Positions 1-9,252 of a stretch of DNA of 62,577 nt are shown here, piece after piece. Made by a program: the position numbers and the translations under genes. The DNA is from an archaeon (GTDB lineage: Archaea; Nanobdellota; Nanobdellia; Pacearchaeales; UBA284): contig JAUWNL010000001.1 in assembly GCA_030612665.1 (NCBI GenBank), positions 1-62,577 on the forward strand. Direction: 5' to 3'. Below the pieces are notes generated by a model that did no database searches, was not told the DNA's origin, and saw only the letters and a list, made by a program, of their open reading frames with translations. Each line of letters begins with the position of its first letter. Position 1 is the first letter of the stretch.

Positions 1-1
1 A

Positions 2-286
2 AACTTAGAAGAAGAATTAAAAAATATAGCTTGGTGGGTTTGGTTAATAATAGGAATCATTCTTGCTTTGATAATCACTCTTTTCATTGTAAAAAAAGTA
101 TTGCCTATGGCAGGAAAAAGCAACAAAGAAGAAAGAACAAAACTTAGAAAAAAATATCCTGCATTAATTGCATACATCAACAGAGCAAAGAACAAAGGCA
201 TGCTCAAGGAACAATTAAAAACAAAACTCCAAGATAGGGGATGGCCATCAAACGAAGTTGACAAAGCAATAAATGAATTCTGGTAA
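2..286 (+). CDS. 3' end of a larger membrane-anchored (surface) protein gene that begins upstream of the window: TM helix plus cytoplasmic tail
   Basis: The frame is open from nt 2 (NLEEELKNIAWWVWLIIGIILALIITLFIV...), so the 68..286 ORF is only the tail. A hydrophobic helix is followed by a basic tail, KGMLKEQLKTKLQDRGWPSNEVDKAI. This tail is homologous to the tail of the 860-aa protein at 34133..36715. Confidence 0.5.
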   Translation, partial: NLEEELKNIAWWVWLIIGIILALIITLFIVKKVLPMAGKSNKEERTKLRKKYPALIAYINRAKNKGMLKEQLKTKLQDRGWPSNEVDKAINEFW

Positions 287-328
287 AAAATAAGAGCAAA
301 AGCAAAAGAAGAAAAGAAAGGTAAAGAA

Positions 329-365
329 GGATAAAAAGGATAAGAAGGATAAGAGGGATAAAGAG
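329..365. repeat. Four tandem 9-10-nt purine-rich units (GGATAAAAA GGATAAGAA GGATAAGAG GGATAAAGAG) ending 1 nt before the ATG at 367
   Basis: Read directly from the sequence. The same AGGATAA core recurs upstream of another membrane-protein gene at 53578..53610 (sense strand). Confidence 0.7.
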
Positions 366-366
366 C

Positions 367-1638
367 ATGACCAAAAAATCAAGAGTAAAAGAAAAAAAAT
401 TGAGAAAATTTTTTGTTATCTTTAGTTTGTCATTATTATTCTTATTTTCTATATTTATAATAATCCAAGGGGAATATAACGCTACTACAACTTCTCTTGC
501 CCCCCCCTCTACTGGAAAAGTTGCGCTTTCAGGAGAATCCCTTCAAGAAACAATTGAATTCGAACCTTACCTATACAAGACATTCAAATATAAAATTATA
601 AGCAGTCCAGAAAAAGCAATGAATTACAAAATAAATATCCGGGGAAATATAGCAAAATATTTTGAAAGTTCAATAGACCAATTTTTTCTAGAGGCAGGAA
701 AAAGCAGAGATTTAATCGTAGAGATGAACCTGCCACGAGAATTAATCCCTAATTTGTACACAACATATATATGTGTTCAAGAAACTGAATCTTTTGAAAA
801 ACAAGAAGAGGATTTATTTAGTGTTAAAACAGAAGTATGTGCTATAATAAATGTTTTAGTCTTAAATGAAGAAGCCTACATAAAAATTGAAGAGATAACT
901 ATCAAACAAAAAGAAAATAAAGAAACAGAATTTACTCTCATTCTGACTAATTTTGGGAAGGAAGATATAAAATCAGCAAAAGCACAAATTTATATTTACA
1001 GAACAAATGAAACAGGAGAAATAGGGGTTATTGCAATAACCATCACTGAAAAAAAAAGTATTCTCAGCACAGAACAAGAAATTTTCAGTAGTAATTATTT
1101 CCTTGAAGATGGAAAATATAATGCTGATATAATAATTGAATATGATGGTCAAACAAAAAATACTAAGGAAGAATTTATTGTTGGAGAGGCATTAAGGATA
1201 ATAGACTATACAACAGAATTTAAAAATGAAAATGAAAATTCATTCAAGGTAATTTTAGAAAATAATTATGATTATGAACTTGAATCTTATATAGAAATAA
1301 ATATTAGTCAAGATGGAGAAAAAGTCCAAATAGTAAGAACAAATAAAGAATTGATACAAAGTAGAGAAATAAAAACAATTGATGTGCCTTTCTATGTTTA
1401 TTCTCCTGGAGAATATGATATAGAAATGAAAATATATTTCCAAAACAAAGTGATAATTGAAAAAGGGAAAATAAAAATTAATCTAAAGACAGAAATTCCA
1501 GGTTCGTCAGATTACAATGCAGTTTATTGGTTAGCTAGAATTATTGGAGTAATTGCTATTCTTTTGTTTATCCTGTTTTTTATAAAAGAATTAAGAAAAA
1601 GAAAGAAAAGCATAATTATCAAAAAAATCAGGAGATAA
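367..1638 (+). CDS. Hypothetical surface protein with N-terminal signal/anchor helix and C-terminal TM anchor
   Basis: N-terminal basic stretch plus hydrophobic helix (FFVIFSLSLLFLFSIFIII). C-terminal helix (VYWLARIIGVIAILLFILFFI) followed by a basic tail. The body is beta-rich and Ig-like in appearance. I recognise no family. Confidence 0.6.
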   Translation: MTKKSRVKEKKLRKFFVIFSLSLLFLFSIFIIIQGEYNATTTSLAPPSTGKVALSGESLQETIEFEPYLYKTFKYKIISSPEKAMNYKINIRGNIAKYFESSIDQFFLEAGKSRDLIVEMNLPRELIPNLYTTYICVQETESFEKQEEDLFSVKTEVCAIINVLVLNEEAYIKIEEITIKQKENKETEFTLILTNFGKEDIKSAKAQIYIYRTNETGEIGVIAITITEKKSILSTEQEIFSSNYFLEDGKYNADIIIEYDGQTKNTKEEFIVGEALRIIDYTTEFKNENENSFKVILENNYDYELESYIEINISQDGEKVQIVRTNKELIQSREIKTIDVPFYVYSPGEYDIEMKIYFQNKVIIEKGKIKINLKTEIPGSSDYNAVYWLARIIGVIAILLFILFFIKELRKRKKSIIIKKIRR

Positions 1639-2245
1639 TTTTATCAACCTCTAATCTGATGTCAGAAAAAACCACATCAATTTTTCGCGAAGAATCTATT
1701 ATCTTGATGTTATCTTTAAGATAATTAGGCAATAATAAAAATTTCTTTTTAACTCCTCTTAAAATATTAACTTTTTCAAAAAAAGCTTTTTTTTCTCCAG
1801 TCATGGCATATTTCTCCCTCACACGTTCGAGACCTATTTCAACAGGACAATCAAGAATAAAAATAATGCTTGGAAGAAGAAATTGAGAAGCATATTCCTG
1901 CCACTCGTTCTCGTCAAGTTGATAAGCAAGAGTGCTATAATAATATCTATCACAAATAACAACCTTTCCTTCTTCAAGAGCCCCCCGAATCCTCTGTAGA
2001 TTTTCTCTCCTGTCTGCTGTAAAAAGTTCAATCCATCTTTCTTTTTTTACATGAGAAGCTTGTTTTTTTCTCAAAAAACTTTCAATTTCCCGGCCATACT
2101 TACTATCTGTAGGCTCACTTGTAATAAAAACATCATGCCCTTTCCCTTTGGACTTTGATTCTAAATACTTTTTCAACAATACAACTTGTGTTGTCTTGCC
2201 AGCACCGTCAATTCCATCAATAACAATAAATATTTTTTGTTTCAT
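1628..2245 (-). CDS. tmk: Thymidylate (dTMP) kinase
   Basis: P-loop IVIDGIDGAGKTTQ at the N-terminus, DRYYYST motif, and a 205-aa length typical of the family. Confidence 0.9.
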   Translation of the reverse strand: MKQKIFIVIDGIDGAGKTTQVVLLKKYLESKSKGKGHDVFITSEPTDSKYGREIESFLRKKQASHVKKERWIELFTADRRENLQRIRGALEEGKVVICDRYYYSTLAYQLDENEWQEYASQFLLPSIIFILDCPVEIGLERVREKYAMTGEKKAFFEKVNILRGVKKKFLLLPNYLKDNIKIIDSSRKIDVVFSDIRLEVDKIIS

Positions 2246-2259
2246 TTTTGTTTATTCCA

Positions 2260-2658
2260 TCACCTCAAAGATACAATAACTCTCCTTTCACGAGGACCAT
2301 CAAATTCACACAACATAATCCCCTGCCATATTCCAAGCATAAGCTCTCCATCTTTAATTGGAATAAATTCTGAAGGTCCAATAAGCGCAGCTTTAATATG
2401 GGCTGCGCCATTATTATCAACTTTATCATGCAACCATTTTCCCTGTGGAATGATTTTATCAAGAAAATTTAAAAAATCAATACAAACTTTTTCATCATAA
2501 TTTTCATTTATTGTAATGGCCGCAGTAGCATGAGGAACATAGATATAACAAATCCCTTTCCCTTTCTTAGTCTTGTTTTTCTTAACAATCTCCTTAATCT
2601 TTGTTGTTAAATCAACAATCTCTTCTCTTCTTGTTGTTTTTATTATAAAGCTTGGCAT
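2260..2658 (-). CDS. YjbQ/UPF0047 family protein (secondary thiamine-phosphate synthase-like)
   Basis: Family-typical segments are YVPHATAAITINEN, AHIKAALIGPSEFIPIKDGELMLGIWQGI and EFDGPRERRV. Length is 132 aa. Confidence 0.85.
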   Translation of the reverse strand: MPSFIIKTTRREEIVDLTTKIKEIVKKNKTKKGKGICYIYVPHATAAITINENYDEKVCIDFLNFLDKIIPQGKWLHDKVDNNGAAHIKAALIGPSEFIPIKDGELMLGIWQGIMLCEFDGPRERRVIVSLR

Positions 2659-2834
2659 ATATTTAAAAAATCATTTTAATTTATAAACATTATGAGAAAA
2701 GAAAGAAAATAGAAGCAAGATTTAGATATCCTAAAAATAGGATAATATTATACTAAAAATGGATAATTAAAAGAAAAAGATGAAAAAAGAAGGAGGAAAA
2801 AGAGGAAAGAAAGAAGGAAAAGAAAGATTTAAAT

Positions 2835-2876
2835 ATAACCATAATCATGGTTATAATAACCTAAATAATGGTTATT
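2835..2876. promoter_or_regulatory. Two adjacent inverted repeats sharing ATAACC/GGTTAT half-sites with 21-bp spacing; candidate operator upstream of the MNT-HepT pair
   Basis: ATAACCAT-AATC-ATGGTTAT lies at 2835..2854 and AATAACC-N8-GGTTATT at 2855..2876. Both are 35-75 nt upstream of the ATG at 2911 and are followed by an AT-rich TATA-like stretch. Confidence 0.4.
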
Positions 2877-2910
2877 TATATACAAAAATAATAAATAGAG
2901 CGAATTTAAA

Positions 2911-3411
2911 ATGAAGTTATTAAATTTTTTAAAATCAAATAAGAATACAAGAAAAATATTTGGAAAAAGAGAATTAAGAATAATTGAAAAACAAATTTTT
3001 GGAGTAAATTTAACACAATCAGAAAAAAATAGACTTTCAAGAGACATTAGGAAAAAATTTGAATTTATAAAAGAAATTGCAACTCTCTCTGGGGAGTTTA
3101 AACTTAAAAAAGGAAGTGAAATAAAAAAAATGATTAAAGAAGCAAAAGAAGTTATTTTGAAAGATCCTCTTTTTAAGAAAATTAGAAAAATAATATTATA
3201 TGGATCTACAGTAGAGAATAAACTAACTCTTAAATCTGATATTGATATAGCAATTAAATTTTTAGATATAAATTTAAAAGAAGCAACAGTTTTTAGGAAA
3301 AGAATATTAGGGAGAGTTAATCCAAGAATTGACATACAAATATATAATCATTTGCCAAATAAAATTAAAAGAGAAATTGAGAATAAAGGAAAAATTTTAT
3401 ATGAAAAATGA
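2911..3411 (+). CDS. Nucleotidyltransferase-domain protein (MNT-type antitoxin) with N-terminal extension
   Basis: Minimal NTase motif LYGSTVENKLTLKSDIDIAI (GS...DxD). The stop overlaps the start of the downstream HEPN gene by 4 nt. Confidence 0.8.
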   Translation: MKLLNFLKSNKNTRKIFGKRELRIIEKQIFGVNLTQSEKNRLSRDIRKKFEFIKEIATLSGEFKLKKGSEIKKMIKEAKEVILKDPLFKKIRKIILYGSTVENKLTLKSDIDIAIKFLDINLKEATVFRKRILGRVNPRIDIQIYNHLPNKIKREIENKGKILYEK

Positions 3412-3803
3412 GAATAAAAGATAAAATAAAAGAAATTGAAAATTATCTTAATGAATTAGATGAAATTATGCCAAAAAGTTTTAAGGAATATAAAAAAATA
3501 GAAAAAAAAGCAGCATGTGAAAGATATTTTGAGAAAATTATTGAAGCGGTAATTGATTTAGTTTTTCTAATAATCAAAGACAAAAATTTAAAAATCCCTG
3601 AAGAAGATAGTGAAGCTTTTGATATCCTTTTAAAAGAAAATATAATTTCAGAAGAATTAGCTGAAAAATTTAAAGAAGCTAAAGGAATGAGAAATTTAAT
3701 TGCTCATAGATATGGTAATATAGATGATGAAATCGTTTTTCATTCAATTACAGAAGAATTAGAAAAAGATGTAAAAGAACTTATTAAGATTATTAAAAAA
3801 TAA
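3408..3803 (+). CDS. HepT/DUF86 HEPN-domain toxin-like protein
   Basis: Rx4HxY HEPN RNase motif (RNLIAHRYGNID). Length is 131 aa and it is translationally coupled to the upstream NTase gene. Confidence 0.85.
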   Translation: MRIKDKIKEIENYLNELDEIMPKSFKEYKKIEKKAACERYFEKIIEAVIDLVFLIIKDKNLKIPEEDSEAFDILLKENIISEELAEKFKEAKGMRNLIAHRYGNIDDEIVFHSITEELEKDVKELIKIIKK

Positions 3804-3804
3804 A

Positions 3805-4140
3805 ATGAGAAAGGAAACTAGAAAAGAAATCAAAAAAGAAACTAATAAAATATGTAAAATAATAGGTAAAAAAAAGCTAGAAAAATATTTTTCTATAACA
3901 AAAAAAGCTTTGGCTGTTGCAAAGAAACATATTAACAAAAAAAACAAAGGAAAGAAAAAAGAAGCTGAAACAATACTTGACATGGCTCAAAGATATTATG
4001 ACGATGCCCTATGGTTCAAAAAACAAGGCAATATAGTCAATGCCTTCGCCGCATTAAATTATGCTCATGGCTGGCTTGACACAGGCTCCAGATTAGGCAT
4101 ATTTCTTGTAAAAGACTCAAGATTATTTGTCATAAAATAA
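3805..4140 (+). CDS. DUF357-like archaeal protein
   Basis: The C-terminal segment AQRYYDDALWFKKQGNIVNAFAALNYAHGWLDTGSRLG matches my recollection of the DUF357 signature (YAxGWLDxGxRLG). The N-terminus is a basic low-complexity stretch. Confidence 0.65.
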   Translation: MRKETRKEIKKETNKICKIIGKKKLEKYFSITKKALAVAKKHINKKNKGKKKEAETILDMAQRYYDDALWFKKQGNIVNAFAALNYAHGWLDTGSRLGIFLVKDSRLFVIK

Positions 4141-4199
4141 AAAGAAAATAGAAAGGAAAAATAATTATTAATTATTTAATTATTAATTAATAATATTAA

Positions 4200-7100
4200 T
4201 TAATCATGGTCATTGATTGCATTCATCTTTTTCTTTGCTTCTGCCATTATTACAATTTTCTTTTTTGCTTCTGGCTTCCTGTATTTTTCAATACATTTAT
4301 GCATTTTTCTAAGAAGCTTTGATTCAGTTTCCCAAGCCATTATAGGATCATTAGAAATATCATCAATAAATTTCACTCCGGAATAAAATCTACCATCTTT
4401 AGAAAGTAAAGTAACAACACTACCACGCATACTTGCACATTTTCCAATTCTGTGGACATAACTATTATCTGGCTGATGCCCATAATCAAGATAAACTATT
4501 TTCCATCCTTTTACAGCCCATCCCCCTTGGTGTCTGTCTGCTGTGTAAATTACAGTAGAATCTGTTCTAGTGCCATGGATTTGCTTCCAAACATCACTTA
4601 TCTCAGTAGAACGATCAAAAGTCTTATGATAAAAATCTAATTTAAGTTTCTCATTTAACCAAACCTGTGAATAAGTATTTCCTTCGCCAGGATTTGTGAT
4701 AACTTTTAATAAACCAGATTCTCTAAATTCAAGAGGATAATATTTTGAAAGTCTTCCTGTTTCTCCAGGATTATGATTTCCATCTCCCATTAAAACAATC
4801 GTGTTATGATACATCATATCTTCAAGAATAGGTTTAGTTCCCCTAATATGCAGTTCATCCTGATCAGATTGCCTCCATTTAACTCTAAGTGATTCTTGTT
4901 CTTTATTATAGAAGAAAATCATAATATTATATTCATCTTTCGTAATATCCCCTTCCTTAAGAGCTTTATTCAAATATAAAAGATCATCTTGTTTTTCAGG
5001 TAATACTTTTGCTTTTCCTTGAGCTTTAGTATCAAATTGTCCAAATGCTAATTGACCATGAGTCATCTCTGTTAACTTGACATGAGAAGGATATCCAATA
5101 CTATCAAAAGCATTTGTGAAAGTTGTTCTTATGGTGTCCCCTTCAATAGGCCTTCCTTTTGTATTACAAGTTCCTCTATGTTCATCATCATCAAGAAGAT
5201 CTATCTGGAAATTGGCTTTTACTTTATCTAAAATCCCATTAAGAGAATTATTCAATTCTTTTCTTTTTACTTTTGATAATTTTTTATCTTTTAACTGTTC
5301 TTTAATATTCTTATACCTTGTCCAATACTTTGCTCCCATTTTAGCTAATTCATAAGTTTCAATAGTGTAAGCTTCTGGTTTCCCATCAGCTTTATCAATA
5401 TAAATCAAAGGACCTGCCTGGAATCCTCTTTTAATTTTTCTTTTTATAGCCCATGTTCTCCCTGGTCCTCTTGAAGCAATATTATCAATTCTTTCTCCAT
5501 CATGCATAACTGCTCCTTTAATAAAAGTAATTGGTTTTGGGATAGCAACATATTCATTTTCAACCCATGTCTCACCAATAGCTTTTTTTCTCTGAACTTC
5601 AACACCACCAGCACCATACCCTGTAAAAATAATATCTGCAGTACATAATCTTAATTTTGAATATTTGTCTTTCTTAATCTCCCCCGCACTAAGATGCTTG
5701 GCAACTGTCTCTGCAAGAGCTTCATTAAAATATAGTTGGATTCTTCTTGAATCCCCTTCTTTCGGATAACTAGACCTTTGGAAATCAGGATTTGGAAATA
5801 AAGCAATAGTCATTCCTCCAATATCAACATAATGTGTTGCTTCATGGGGGCTGACCCCTGGATCAAATAACTTGCCAGATCTGTATTTTCCTTGGCCAGG
5901 CATTGTTTCTTCTGCTAAAGTTGTCTCAAGGCTGCTTAAAATTCTAAGATTTTTGAATTTCTTGCCTACAAATTTAGGAAGATGTTTGAAAAACATATCT
6001 TGATAATGTTTATTATATCTCTTTTTAACAAGATAAGCAGTCATCTTTGCTTGTAAATTATTAATAGTCCTTTTTTTAGTCAACCACCACATTCTTGCGC
6101 TTGTCTCTTCTTTTAATTTCAGTTTTAATTCATTTAATTTAGAAATTTTTCCTTCTAATCCAAATATCTTTTCATCAGTTTGCTCTATTTTTTCTGTGCG
6201 TATATCTTTCACTCTTTCTGCTTCATAAAGAGATTTAATATTAGCATAAAATTCTAGCATAGCATCATTAAAATACTCATCAAAACTCTTTCCCTTTTCT
6301 TTTCCTTTCTTTTTTTCCTTTCTTTTTTCCTTATCTTTTTCCCAGCGAGTATTAAATCTTATAAATCTCTTCAAACCAATTTCTTCTAGAAGTTTTTTCT
6401 TGATTTTTGCTTTCTTTCTCTGGAAAGCAGTTCCATTATAAATATTATTTTTAACAAAATCTTGCAATTCAGAACCAAGTTTTTCTTTTCCTTCTTTTTG
6501 TCTTTTTTTTGTTTGTTCTAATCTTTTTATAACATAATTGCCTAAGGATTCATACATCTCATATATTGCTCTCTCCTTAACTCTATGTATGTGTTCTTCT
6601 TCTAAATCATCGAGTTTTGCTATTTCTTCTTCTTGTGCTTTTCTTATCTTTTCCCCCACTATAAATAATTCTAATGACTGATTCATATTATAATAATCTG
6701 CCATACTATATTGATAGAATATTGCAGTATTTTTATTAAGAACATCAAAAGTAGGAGCAAGCCAATATGCCCCCTCGACAGATAATTGCTCAAGGGTAGT
6801 AGGAGTATCTATAATATATTTTTTAATATGTTCCCTGTCTTCCTTAGTAAATTCTGGGGATTCCATGGCTCTACGAATCTGCCCCAATTCTTCTTCTATT
6901 TCCTTTGTTGTAATCTCCTTCTTAAGAACCCCTCTCTTTTTGGCAAGTTCTGACCTTGCCACCTGTTTCATTCTTTCATGATTTAATTTTGACCACATTG
7001 CAGGATTTTCAGGCATTCCTCCTCCCTGCATAATAAATGATTTAAGTTTTGGGGCATAATTTTGAGCTTCGATGAAAAGAGCAAATCCTTTGAAGATGTC

Positions 7101-7496
7101 TGAATTCCCATAAGTAGCACCTAATCCTAATTCAGAGCAAAAAATATGAATTTTGTCTTCTTTATAATTTCCATTGTCTTTGCCATCTCCTTCAATTCTT
7201 CTTAGCCTTTCTTGTCTTGCAAGTCTTCTTATTCTTGCTTCATCTTGAGAAAAAATTCCACAAGGCACATCTCCAGGAAGCTCCCAATATTCCTCAACAT
7301 TATCCATTACTCTTCTAATTCTCTTCTCACCAACTCCAATCTTCTTAACTAAATCATCTAAACTAACTTTCCCAGCAGCAAGTGGAGAAGCTTGCGCTTC
7401 TTTAGAAAAAATATTACTTAAATCAGTTCCATCATAAAATTTACCTAAGGTCTTCAATAACTTAAGCTCAAGAGACCCCTTTTTTAGCCCTCTCAT
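4200..7496 (-). CDS. Large (1098 aa) uncharacterised protein: HTH-like N-terminus, K/E-rich coiled-coil middle, phosphoesterase-like C-terminal region
   Basis: Long uninterrupted ORF. N-terminal SLDDLVKKIGVGEKRIRRVM looks HTH-like. A central ~200-aa K/E-rich heptad-like region follows. C-terminal motifs occur in the order DDDEH, GDGNHN, ADRHQGG, DYGHQ. No Walker A is visible. Confidence 0.7.
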   Translation of the reverse strand: MRGLKKGSLELKLLKTLGKFYDGTDLSNIFSKEAQASPLAAGKVSLDDLVKKIGVGEKRIRRVMDNVEEYWELPGDVPCGIFSQDEARIRRLARQERLRRIEGDGKDNGNYKEDKIHIFCSELGLGATYGNSDIFKGFALFIEAQNYAPKLKSFIMQGGGMPENPAMWSKLNHERMKQVARSELAKKRGVLKKEITTKEIEEELGQIRRAMESPEFTKEDREHIKKYIIDTPTTLEQLSVEGAYWLAPTFDVLNKNTAIFYQYSMADYYNMNQSLELFIVGEKIRKAQEEEIAKLDDLEEEHIHRVKERAIYEMYESLGNYVIKRLEQTKKRQKEGKEKLGSELQDFVKNNIYNGTAFQRKKAKIKKKLLEEIGLKRFIRFNTRWEKDKEKRKEKKKGKEKGKSFDEYFNDAMLEFYANIKSLYEAERVKDIRTEKIEQTDEKIFGLEGKISKLNELKLKLKEETSARMWWLTKKRTINNLQAKMTAYLVKKRYNKHYQDMFFKHLPKFVGKKFKNLRILSSLETTLAEETMPGQGKYRSGKLFDPGVSPHEATHYVDIGGMTIALFPNPDFQRSSYPKEGDSRRIQLYFNEALAETVAKHLSAGEIKKDKYSKLRLCTADIIFTGYGAGGVEVQRKKAIGETWVENEYVAIPKPITFIKGAVMHDGERIDNIASRGPGRTWAIKRKIKRGFQAGPLIYIDKADGKPEAYTIETYELAKMGAKYWTRYKNIKEQLKDKKLSKVKRKELNNSLNGILDKVKANFQIDLLDDDEHRGTCNTKGRPIEGDTIRTTFTNAFDSIGYPSHVKLTEMTHGQLAFGQFDTKAQGKAKVLPEKQDDLLYLNKALKEGDITKDEYNIMIFFYNKEQESLRVKWRQSDQDELHIRGTKPILEDMMYHNTIVLMGDGNHNPGETGRLSKYYPLEFRESGLLKVITNPGEGNTYSQVWLNEKLKLDFYHKTFDRSTEISDVWKQIHGTRTDSTVIYTADRHQGGWAVKGWKIVYLDYGHQPDNSYVHRIGKCASMRGSVVTLLSKDGRFYSGVKFIDDISNDPIMAWETESKLLRKMHKCIEKYRKPEAKKKIVIMAEAKKKMNAINDHD

Positions 7497-7560
7497 TATA
7501 CCTTATAATACATTTTTCAATTTAAAAATATTCTTGCAATTTTGAATATACTTTATTTTT

Positions 7561-8337
7561 CTACCTTCTACTCTTTTTCAGAGTAATATAATAAAATCTT
7601 TCACAATTCCCACAATCCTTACAATAAGCTGATTCATATGTGCCACACTGGAGAACCCCATAAAATCTTTTTATGAATGAGTCAAGGACTTCTTGTCTTT
7701 TTTGTTTTTTTATCATGAAATATGGATTAGTGACATTTTTCTTTTTTTCATAATCATTTAAATATTCTTTAGGAATTCTCTCTCCATTCTTATATCTCAT
7801 AAAGGTTAAGATAATGGGGACTTTCTGTCTTTCATAAGCAGCTATAGCACTTTCTGCTAATTTAAGATTCCAGGTATTTATACGGAAGCGAACAAACATT
7901 AAATTTACTGGTGCCTTAACAATAACCGCCATTTCATTAGTTTGTTCTGAATTACAAGTAAAAACAACTGGTCCAGGAAAATCAAATTTTGGGATAGAAG
8001 TATTAAAGAAAAAATCATCAAATTGTTCTGAAACTTTTATAACTAAATCTCTTTGGTTGTTACTATCATTTCCAGAATTAAATCTAACTATTTTTCCTTT
8101 TGTTAATTCTTTTTTGGGAATATTACTTGCATATTTTGGGACATACCATCCATCTTGAAAATAACAATCAATTCCACAATCATGACTTTTAGCTAAAGGA
8201 CACTTACCAGCTTGCGGAGTACAATCAATAATTTTTGTTCCTTTCGATAATTTTGGATTATAAAAATAACCCACCCCTTTTTCTCTCTTTTTCTTTACCT
8301 CTTTTGATCTCTTTTTGTCATCTCCTTTAGCCATCAA
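7561..8337 (-). CDS. Uncharacterised Cys-cluster protein (258 aa), first gene of the operon with 4200..7496
   Basis: Two Cys clusters: CTPQAGKCPLAKSHDCGIDCY (C-x6-C-x7-C-x3-C) and CGTYESAYCKDCGNC (C-x7-C-x2-C-x2-C). GGAGGT lies about 10 nt upstream of the ATG. A 64-nt gap separates it from the downstream gene on the same strand. Confidence 0.7.
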   Translation of the reverse strand: MMAKGDDKKRSKEVKKKREKGVGYFYNPKLSKGTKIIDCTPQAGKCPLAKSHDCGIDCYFQDGWYVPKYASNIPKKELTKGKIVRFNSGNDSNNQRDLVIKVSEQFDDFFFNTSIPKFDFPGPVVFTCNSEQTNEMAVIVKAPVNLMFVRFRINTWNLKLAESAIAAYERQKVPIILTFMRYKNGERIPKEYLNDYEKKKNVTNPYFMIKKQKRQEVLDSFIKRFYGVLQCGTYESAYCKDCGNCERFYYITLKKSRR

Positions 8338-8604
8338 GTTTCTGACCTCCTTCCGCCAGGAAGAATATAATGCATTACAATAAATAATAAAAAATTAAAA
8401 GAAAGCTCTTTAAAAATCATTTCTATGATTTAAACAAGATATCAAAACAAAAATGTTAAAAAAACAGTATTAAAAGAAAGGTATTCTAAAAATAACATTT
8501 AAATATAATCTTTAAATAATAGTATTATAGAAAATAAGAAAATTAGAGACTAAGAAAATAAGAGAATAAAAGAATAAAAAGATATAACAACAAATAATAA
8601 AAAA

Positions 8605-9195
8605 ATGCAAGATTTTTTCATTGGGAAAAAAAATAAGAAAATTGAAAAGAAAGCCCTAGCTCTTGGCCTCGAAATTGTATTTCTCAAAAAAATTTCTAAT
8701 GTTGAAGAATTAGATGTAAAAAAAGATTCAAAAGATTATGATGCAATCCTCATAAAAACCCAAGATACTGGCATGATGAGAAGACTTATTGACAAAACAT
8801 CAAATTTTTTCAAATTTATTATTATCTTAGGCACAAATGACGAAATAAACCGCGCATGTCTTGAACATAAAAAAACAATAGCCCTGCTTAGCCCAGAATA
8901 CAGCAGAAGAAAAGATTTTATCAATTACCGTAATTCAGGCCTCAATCAAGTATTATGTAAAATTGCTCGCGATAATAAAAAAACCATAATTGAAAGTTTT
9001 TCAAGCATCCTCAATGCAGACAAGAAAAACAAGGCAATAATTCTTGGAAGAATAATTCAAAATGAAAAACTCTGTAGAAAATACAATGTAAAATTTATTC
9101 TTAGAAATATGGCAATAGATGAAAAAGAGATGAAATCAGCTCATGAACTAAAGAATTCTCAACAAATATTATCAAATACTACCATCTTAAAATAG
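8605..9195 (+). CDS. rnp3: RNase P protein component 3 (Rpp30/Rnp3)-like
   Basis: The pattern NRACLEHKKTIALLSPE ... SGLNQVLCKIARDNKKTIIESFSSIL ... KAIILGRIIQNEKLCRKYNVKFIL ... A.DEKEMKS matches the archaeal Rpp30 TIM-barrel layout as I recall it. Confidence 0.6.
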   Translation: MQDFFIGKKNKKIEKKALALGLEIVFLKKISNVEELDVKKDSKDYDAILIKTQDTGMMRRLIDKTSNFFKFIIILGTNDEINRACLEHKKTIALLSPEYSRRKDFINYRNSGLNQVLCKIARDNKKTIIESFSSILNADKKNKAIILGRIIQNEKLCRKYNVKFILRNMAIDEKEMKSAHELKNSQQILSNTTILK

Positions 9196-9252
9196 TAAAA
9201 TAGCAAAGTTTTTATAAGGTTCTAAATTGGATTTTATAGGCTAAGGAAAAAA

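Noticed and set aside
1255-3983. Short ORFs 1255..1443, 1834..2031, 2186..2500, 2265..2462, 2829..3335 and 3759..3983
   Set aside because: Each lies antisense to, or out of frame within, a longer ORF with recognisable homology or better coding character. Their F/L/I/S-rich, stop-poor composition is typical of AT-rich DNA.
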